DNA of 64,000 nucleotides from Plasmodiophora brassicae (Eukaryota): NCBI GenBank assembly GCA_036867785.1, contig CP145416.1, positions 620,001 to 684,000 of the forward strand, read 5' to 3'. Shown piece by piece: positions 57,243 to 64,000 of this stretch (position 1 is its first letter; each line of letters starts with the position of its first letter). The notes under the pieces were generated by a model. It saw only the letters and a program-made list of their open reading frames with translations, ran no database searches and was not told where the DNA came from. The position numbers and the translations under genes were made by a program.

Positions 57243-58473
57243 TTAATAGTCATCTTCAACAGGCTGCACGGGTTCAAATCGGGCCCGGCGGTCAGCTTCC
57301 GGCAGGACGGCCCAGTTGGGAGAGTGCCCAGAATGGTGCCATTTGAAGTCCTTGACTTGGTCGAATTTGTTCGTGACAGATAGGCCAGACGTGTCCCAGT
57401 CTTGGGAAAGGGACCGGTAGACGAAGTTGTAGGGAGCGACAAGGATCCCGGAGCAGTCTTCGATAATGGGGTCGGATATCACATGCATGTACAACCGAAC
57501 GTCATGACAACCGTGAATGCGAGCCTGTCAGACGGCTAAATACGAACCCTGCTTGATGCAACGAGAATCGACCTGTCGTGACGCGATAACAAACGTAGAA
57601 TTCGAGCAGTTTTCGATATGTACAGACCCAGCTGTCGGGCCGATCATGACAGTGCTGTTCTGACGAAGCAAATGTCATAGCGTTGTTATACGGATATCCG
57701 GGTATCGTACATGCACACCATCCACACGTAGAGCTCGTATTGAAAAGCATACGCTTATGGTGGAGTTTCTGACGTTGTTGATTGAGATAGAGTTCACTGT
57801 GCGCTCTCCACGCTCATGGCAAACAGTTGCCAGGTTCCTGCAAAGCGCACTGAGATCACCGACACCCTTGGTGAAGCCATAGCGCTCCATACAGATTGGA
57901 TATTGTCAAGTCGCTGTCTTGGTCCCGTAGCAGAATGGAATCTGCCATCAAATCTGAGTAATGATGACATGGACCGCATTCGAGTGGTGGACTACCCAAG
58001 ACGTCGTCATCAGCGTCCTCAGGGACAGGTGCTGAAGCTGGTTCAGTCAGTGCCCCTGGGCTTGGCCCCGATAGCTTTTCCTTGCTGAACGCGAACTTAG
58101 GCCGAGGCTGGGTCCGCAGTCGCCAACTCGAGATATCGCGTTCGACATCAGCCAGCAGCTATAGGCGCCATATTGGAATAGAGACGCACCGAGGACAGCA
58201 ACGCCATTGTACCTTCATTGTATACTTGATCGTGTACGACGGCAAGAAGTACTTCGAGCGTCGGAGAAGGTCGGCGGCGTCCTGATGCAATTGCTGGGCG
58301 CGGGCGACATCCCCATCGGGCAGCGCGTTACGCGAGTCCCGACACAGCCGGTTAAGGTCCGCCTCGAACCGCGTCACATCCTCCGCCGGCACGGCCGCCT
58401 GCGCTCGGGCCGCCTTGGCCTGCTCCTGCCGGGCCAGGAACTCCTCGTGCCGCGCTTTGAGCCGCTCCGCCAT
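57243..58473 (-). CDS. TBCC: Tubulin-specific chaperone C
   Basis: N-terminal helical bundle with YFLPSYT; C-terminal QARIHGCHDVRLYMHVISDPIIEDCSGILVAPY...NKFDQVKDFKWHHSGHSPNW. Confidence 0.92.
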
Positions 58474-58631
58474 AACGCACTGCGATTGCTCAACGGATCG
58501 CGGATAGCCCGCCGCTGCGGACGACTACCACGAAGCTCGTGGTGCTACCGAACTCCTATGCCAGTATCGAACGCTCCAACGGTTTTGTCTATGCGGGTCA
58601 ATGTCCAAACGTCCGATGTACTCTGAGCAAA

Positions 58632-61600
58632 TCATCGGTCGATGCGGTAGGTGAGCTCGAGAAGTAAACTGTTGACGGTAACGCTGACCGAACTCAACGC
58701 CATTGCCAGGCCGGCCATCCATGGAACCAGGGCCACGTGGAGCCAAGGGTACAGTACGCCTGCGGCAACGGGGATGCCTACACAATTAAAGCCGAACGCC
58801 CAGGCGAAGTTCCACCGGATTCTGGAGAACGTCCTGCGGGACAGGTCCAGCAATACCTCGACGTCGCGTAGGTCGGATTTGACAAGTATGATCTGGCCTG
58901 ACTCCATGGCGACATCGGAACCGGTCCCGATCGCAATGCCAAGATCCGCCTGTGCCAACGCGATCGCATCGTTGATGCCGTCGCCGACCATTCCGACAAC
59001 CTCGCCCTGAAGTTGAAGCGATCGGATGCATTCAGCTTTGTCGCCTGGAAGGACTTGACTAATGACGTTGTTTGGCGGAATCCCAATGAGATTGGCGACG
59101 GTTCGGGCAGTATTGTCGTTATCTCCGGTCAGCATCCAGACGGAAATGCCACGCTTGGAAAGCGACGAAACGAGATTAGGCGCCTCAGGCCGTATCGGGT
59201 CTGCAATTGCGAGACCGGCGAGAACCATACCGGGTCTCCGGATTTGCTCGGAAGGCCAGGAAATGCCAACCAGCACCAGCGACCTCCCAAGGGTCTGCCA
59301 CTGCTCAATGTGGGCGCGAAGGTCTTGCGACGCGGCGTTAACGACGCACCCATGTTCTGCAAGCCAAGATTGACTCCCGATGACGACTTCGAACGCATCG
59401 TCGACGCGTGCTTTAACTGACGCGATGAGGCCTTTGCCGGGCACCTCGCGACTCCCAGACACATCGCACCCTGCTGCTGGTGCAGACCATGCGTCACCGG
59501 CGACACTTCTGACGTGATCGGCAACGGCACGAGAGAGGGGGTGTGATGACAGGCTTGCGGCTGTACCAACCAGCGCCCAGAGCGACGCCTTATCGCGTGC
59601 GATATGAGGAAACTGATGGCAGACGTCATCAGAAATCCAGGCCTCAATGACCTTCGGCCGCCCTTGGGTCAACGTTCCTGTCTTATCGAATGCGAGTATC
59701 TTGACCTTCCTGGCGGTTTCTAGTGCGGCACCGCCACCTTTCAGCAGAACGCCATGTCGCGCAGCGATACCGGTTGCAACCATGATGGCTGTCGGCGTGG
59801 CCAATCCAAGCGCACATGGACATGCGATCACGAGAACGGATACGGCGAACTCAACGGCGAACATAACCGGCGTGCGACCAGGCGGAATCCAATCGCTCGG
59901 AAACGAGCCGGTCGTTGCCAATGACCCCCACACCAGAAATGTCAACAGAGACACAACAAGTACGAAGGGGACAAACACGGCCGAGATCCGATCTGCATAG
60001 ATCTGGACCTTCGCTTTCGACGACTGGGCATTCTCGACAAGGCTGATTATTCGGGCAAGAGCAGTATCTGGGCCTGCACGGGTAACTTTCACGAGAATGG
60101 TACCTGTTTCGTTGATAGTACCGCCAAGGACTTCGTCACCCGGCTCTTTCGCGACCGGTATGGATTCCCCAGTTAGCATCGATTCATTAACGTACGAGGA
60201 CCCGCTGACCACGACGCCGTCTGATGGCACCCGGGCACCAGCATGGACCTGAACAACATCGCCAACTTGAACGAGATCGATTGGAATGTCAATCGTTTCC
60301 ATTATTGCTTCAGGGTTTTCGAAAGACAGGACAAGAGTAGCCGTTCCAGGCGACAACGCCATCAGACGCGAGATAGACTGTGACAAACGCCCCTTTGCGA
60401 GAGCCTCAAGAAACTTGCCGAGTAAAATGAAGAAGATCAGGAAGACCGATGTCTCAAAGTACTGGTCGACAAGATGTGCCCCAGTAGCCAGGTTAACAAT
60501 GACGGCATACACGGAGAAAACGTAAGATATTGTCGTCCCAAGTGCAACGAGCACGTCCATGTTTGCGGTCTTCAGCTTGGTAATGGATTTCCAACTGTGA
60601 ATGTAGAAACCTCGTCCGAGCCAGAACTGGACGGGCGTAGAAAGAATCCACAGCAGTACGTCATGGACGGCCACTCCAGGCAGAATGTCGTCCATCAGGA
60701 AACGGGCAAACGCGTTTGATTGGGGCAAGAACATTGGGACCATTCCAAACACGAAGGTCGGGATCGCGAATCCAAGGGCGATTAGCATCTTGTGGCGGTA
60801 TAGTCGAAGCTCAGGATCGCCTGATCGCGTATGACCTGCCGTGGAAATGGACGCCTCGTATCCACAATCGTCGACGAAAGCAATTAGGTCGCGAACGCCG
60901 ACCTTGGACGGGTCATAGTCGATCGATGCAGATTTGGACAGGAGTGATGCCGAGACAGACTTGACACCTGGCTGTCGACCGAGTGCATTCTCCACAGCGG
61001 ATACACAGGACGCGCACGTCATGCCTTGTACTGACAGTGCCACATGTGCAATGTTCGTGGAACGTTGTTCCACTATCGCCCTTGAAACGACATTGAATCC
61101 CGCATCTTTGATGATGCTCGCGATCTCGTCCGGCGATATGATATTCGAATCATGGGACAGGACGACACGTTGCGGCAGCAGCGAAACGGCAACAGAGCCA
61201 CGATCCACTCCAGGACGGGCTTTTAGCAACGACTCGATTGACCTCACACACGACACGCACGACATGCCGGAAATCATGAACGACGATGACACGGTTGCTG
61301 CGGATTGGACAGAAACAGCAGACGCATCCGGGTTCGCCTGATATACTGCCGCAGGTGTTGCCATTGTCGCGAGATCAGAGATCTCATTACCCAGGAGAAC
61401 GGAGGCGCACCCGCACCCGGATATCGCCTGGCGAACATCTTCGAAATCGTTGACAGGGGCGGTGAAAATGATATCCAAATAGGCAACTGGGCCATCTCCA
61501 GGGTCATTCGAGCTTAGACAAGCGCTGCGGAACGTAGGGAGGCGGGTCGCCAGGCTACGCGTGATCTCCCGGGTCAGGACGCGATGGTGCGTTTGCCGCC

Positions 61601-61778
61601 TGGTGTCGCCGTACTCGACACGTGCTGGGACGACAACGAACTTTCGCCTCTGCTGCGACACGATAAACGCGCACGAGCACCGAACGCAAGTGCAGTCTTC
61701 ACATTGTTCACAAACACGTTGACGCGCGTCGCCTTTGCTTCCCTCGCCGTTCCCGGACAGCAAATTCGCAGATAGCAT
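58632..61778 (-). CDS. ATP7: Copper-transporting P1B-type ATPase (ATP7/RAN1/Ccc2-like), intronless
   Basis: Two HMA domains (GMSCVSC, GMTCASC), TANMDVLVALGT, TGES, CPCALGLATP, DKTGT, SSHP, MLTGD, GDGIND, MALSS. Confidence 0.96.
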   Translation of the reverse strand: MLSANLLSGNGEGSKGDARQRVCEQCEDCTCVRCSCAFIVSQQRRKFVVVPARVEYGDTRRQTHHRVLTREITRSLATRLPTFRSACLSSNDPGDGPVAYLDIIFTAPVNDFEDVRQAISGCGCASVLLGNEISDLATMATPAAVYQANPDASAVSVQSAATVSSSFMISGMSCVSCVRSIESLLKARPGVDRGSVAVSLLPQRVVLSHDSNIISPDEIASIIKDAGFNVVSRAIVEQRSTNIAHVALSVQGMTCASCVSAVENALGRQPGVKSVSASLLSKSASIDYDPSKVGVRDLIAFVDDCGYEASISTAGHTRSGDPELRLYRHKMLIALGFAIPTFVFGMVPMFLPQSNAFARFLMDDILPGVAVHDVLLWILSTPVQFWLGRGFYIHSWKSITKLKTANMDVLVALGTTISYVFSVYAVIVNLATGAHLVDQYFETSVFLIFFILLGKFLEALAKGRLSQSISRLMALSPGTATLVLSFENPEAIMETIDIPIDLVQVGDVVQVHAGARVPSDGVVVSGSSYVNESMLTGESIPVAKEPGDEVLGGTINETGTILVKVTRAGPDTALARIISLVENAQSSKAKVQIYADRISAVFVPFVLVVSLLTFLVWGSLATTGSFPSDWIPPGRTPVMFAVEFAVSVLVIACPCALGLATPTAIMVATGIAARHGVLLKGGGAALETARKVKILAFDKTGTLTQGRPKVIEAWISDDVCHQFPHIARDKASLWALVGTAASLSSHPLSRAVADHVRSVAGDAWSAPAAGCDVSGSREVPGKGLIASVKARVDDAFEVVIGSQSWLAEHGCVVNAASQDLRAHIEQWQTLGRSLVLVGISWPSEQIRRPGMVLAGLAIADPIRPEAPNLVSSLSKRGISVWMLTGDNDNTARTVANLIGIPPNNVISQVLPGDKAECIRSLQLQGEVVGMVGDGINDAIALAQADLGIAIGTGSDVAMESGQIILVKSDLRDVEVLLDLSRRTFSRIRWNFAWAFGFNCVGIPVAAGVLYPWLHVALVPWMAGLAMALSSVSVTVNSLLLELTYRIDR

Positions 61779-62082
61779 GGCGGCAGGTGGCCGGATCGAA
61801 CGCAAACACGGCGGGGGAATGTTTCAGACGGCGTCGACGAGCATCGCCCTATGCTAATCGGTAGGCGCTTGCCGTCAGCCCAATTGCCTGTTGCGCCCCA
61901 CCTGCCCGTACCCGATCTTCCTACCGGCGAATCTGGGGCTCCCTTCGACTGATCTTGCCCTCCGCGGAATCGTGCTGTGTTCGTATCGTGCGCGTTCGTA
62001 CGAAAAAGGGGGGCAAAACGATCATTCGCTGTCTGTCAGTGACGGGAAGGGTCAACAGCGGGATCGGCCGTTGCGCGGTGCG

Positions 62083-63475
62083 ATGATCAAAGCCGTGGCG
62101 ACGTATGGCCTGAGGCAGCACGACAAGGACATCGTGAAGGCGACGTGGAACGATGACACGCCCACCGGCGAGGAGCTCATTCAGTCGCTGATCGACTACT
62201 CGTCCCGATCTGCGCGACACGGTCTGGCCGGTGCCATCCGGCAACGAATAACGCCACAATCGCCGTGGAAGGTTCGTTGATAACGCAGGTTGGTTGCGTC
62301 CGTTATGATAATGCTTGAAGCAGGTGGTCCTCAAAGCGCTCTCCCTCGTTCACCGACTAATCCGTGATGGTGACGAGTCATTCTTGCAGGTGGACAGCGA
62401 AGCGTATCTGCTCAGCTCGTCCTTGTTGACTGTGCCAGCTAGGATGCCTTGCATTGCCACCGTATGCTCGCCCTCGATAATTATTGCGACAGCTCGACGC
62501 AGGAGGGCGTGGAGCAGTCTTCGTTCATCGGGCAATATGCCCGCTTCCTGTCACAAAAGCTGGACATGTACAACGAACTCAACTATGTTCTTGAACGACG
62601 CTTCAAGGATAATTCGTCGTCTGCCATGGAGTGGATTGGGTCGCTACCGTTGACGGTACGCGGAAACGTATTGTGTCAGTGCGAGTCAGCTTCAATGTTG
62701 TATACAGGAGATTCAAAGAACGTTCGGGCTGGTGTTCACTGCCATGGAAAGACTGATGGATTGCGAAGTCTACGTCATGTATGACGACATTCATCCGATT
62801 GCTCGCAAGACTCTAGTCATGCTTCTCAAAGATTCGTTGCGTTTCTATTCCTTTCTCACCATTTCGATATTCCAACTCATCGGTAGATGTCCATAGCCAC
62901 CAGCCACGATCGCATATCTGACTCTGTTCGAACCAGATCAGGTTAATACGTTCGACAACCTAGTTTGCGCATGGATGTCTGAACAGCTCGACCGATTCTC
63001 AAAGCTGAATGTCCGATACAAATCGTGGAGTCATAAGCTGTGCGCGCTGAAACTCATTAACGAGACGTTTCTGCCGAACTTCGACACCATTCCTGCCGGC
63101 GTGATCGCCAATGTGAAAACGTTGTTGAGTGCCAAGGCTCACGAAAGACGAACGTCCAGCAAGCCAGAGAAAGACCGCAGCAGGTCGGCGTCCAGAACAC
63201 CCAAGACGACTACGGCCTCTGAACAAATCGCGTTCGTGGTTCCGCCGTCGCCTACAAGCACTAGGACACGTAAGTCGAAAGGTCAACAGCAACAGGGCCA
63301 GCCCACGCCACACAAGCATGAAGTGGACCTGCTTGGCCTTGATTCCATGTTTCAGTCGGCCGCCCAGCTGGCACCCTCTAACGCCCAACCCAACGGCATC
63401 TCGAACCCGTTCCAACTGGACGACCGCAAGACTCAGCCGTATTACACGGGTGACTTCAACGACTTTAATCAATGA
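62083..63475 (+). CDS. ANTH-domain clathrin assembly protein (AP180/PICALM-like)
   Basis: IVKAT, W-K|VVLKALSLVHRLIRDG, SSFIGQYARFLSQK, LLKDSLRFY; tail has DLLGL and NPF endocytic motifs. Confidence 0.85.
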
Positions 63476-63634
63476 AGCAGTGTTGCCCATGGCCTCTAGG
63501 TGCGCGCCTGGCACACGTCATTGGCATGTTCGGCTGGGGGGTGGCGCGCCCCGCCCCGATCTTCGGGAATGATCCAGAATCATTCTGATCCTGCTGGCAG
63601 CGGGTGATCTTTGGATGATTGTGCGGCTGTGTCG

Positions 63635-64000
63635 ATGAACGCGATAGCGGTCAAGGCAGAGCTGGCACGTGCCGCTGCCACCGTCAAACGGGGCCAATAC
63701 GCCAACGCGATCACGGAATTGACGTCCATCCTTGATCGCCTACCTAAAGAGGTTCGGGGTTCCATGTCCCTCCCTGGGAATGCCCTGCTGACGACGACGA
63801 CGGCTGTACATAGGCGAGCAACGATCAATATCGCGGGGATGCGCTGGCATGGCGTGCCGTCTGCCACTTCAAGCTGTCCCGGCTGGACCGCGCCCTGGCC
63901 GACTTCTCGGCCAGCATGGACGCCGCAGGGGCGAGCGTCCGCGGCCTCGTCAACCGCGGCACGACGCTGATCGAGATGCGCCGGTACGACGACGCGCTGT
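63635..64000 (+). CDS. TPR-repeat protein (partial, continues off the window)
   Basis: RGQYANAITELTSIL, then after an intron ALAWRAVCHFKLSRLDRALADFS and LVNRGTTLIEMRRYDDAL. Confidence 0.75.

Noticed and set aside
1-64000. tRNA, rRNA or other structured ncRNA genes
   Set aside because: None recognisable by eye; tRNAscan-SE and Infernal would be needed to exclude them.

Overview
Gene-dense eukaryotic nuclear DNA: GC-rich, with many ~45-65 nt spliceosomal introns and several intergenic gaps under 100 bp. A flagellar gene (CFAP184/CCDC96) and this compact layout suggest a zoosporic protist such as a plasmodiophorid (Plasmodiophora-like); this is inference. About 28 protein genes can be supported: sirtuin, YchF/OLA1, SMP-30-like propeller, NOC3, RPC4, WDR91, PRELI, two tandem arsenite methyltransferases, PEX4-like E2, CFAP184, DYRK-like kinase, LRR protein, mitochondrial carrier, ERG4, glutathionylspermidine/trypanothione synthetase-amidase, CCT2, organellar GluRS, TMEM94, TBCC, Cu P1B-ATPase, ANTH and TPR proteins, plus several hypothetical or surface proteins. 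Decayed mobile DNA lies at ~16-17 kb, 39-40.6 kb and 53-57 kb. The most striking item is a >2,000 aa Ki-67-like protein: a Ki-67-type FHA domain, GxxxhhxTP motifs, ten CDK-site-linked WH2-like repeats and a basic repeat tail. Also notable are a membrane-tethered expansin/GH45-like protein with a duplicated Cys module, an ArsM duplicate missing an As-binding Cys, an intron-containing GspS/TryS, a segment bounded by four 22-bp palindromes, and a GCM/SWIM transposon relic with a ~1 kb foldback. Exon boundaries and family calls were read by eye from remembered motifs; no searches were run.
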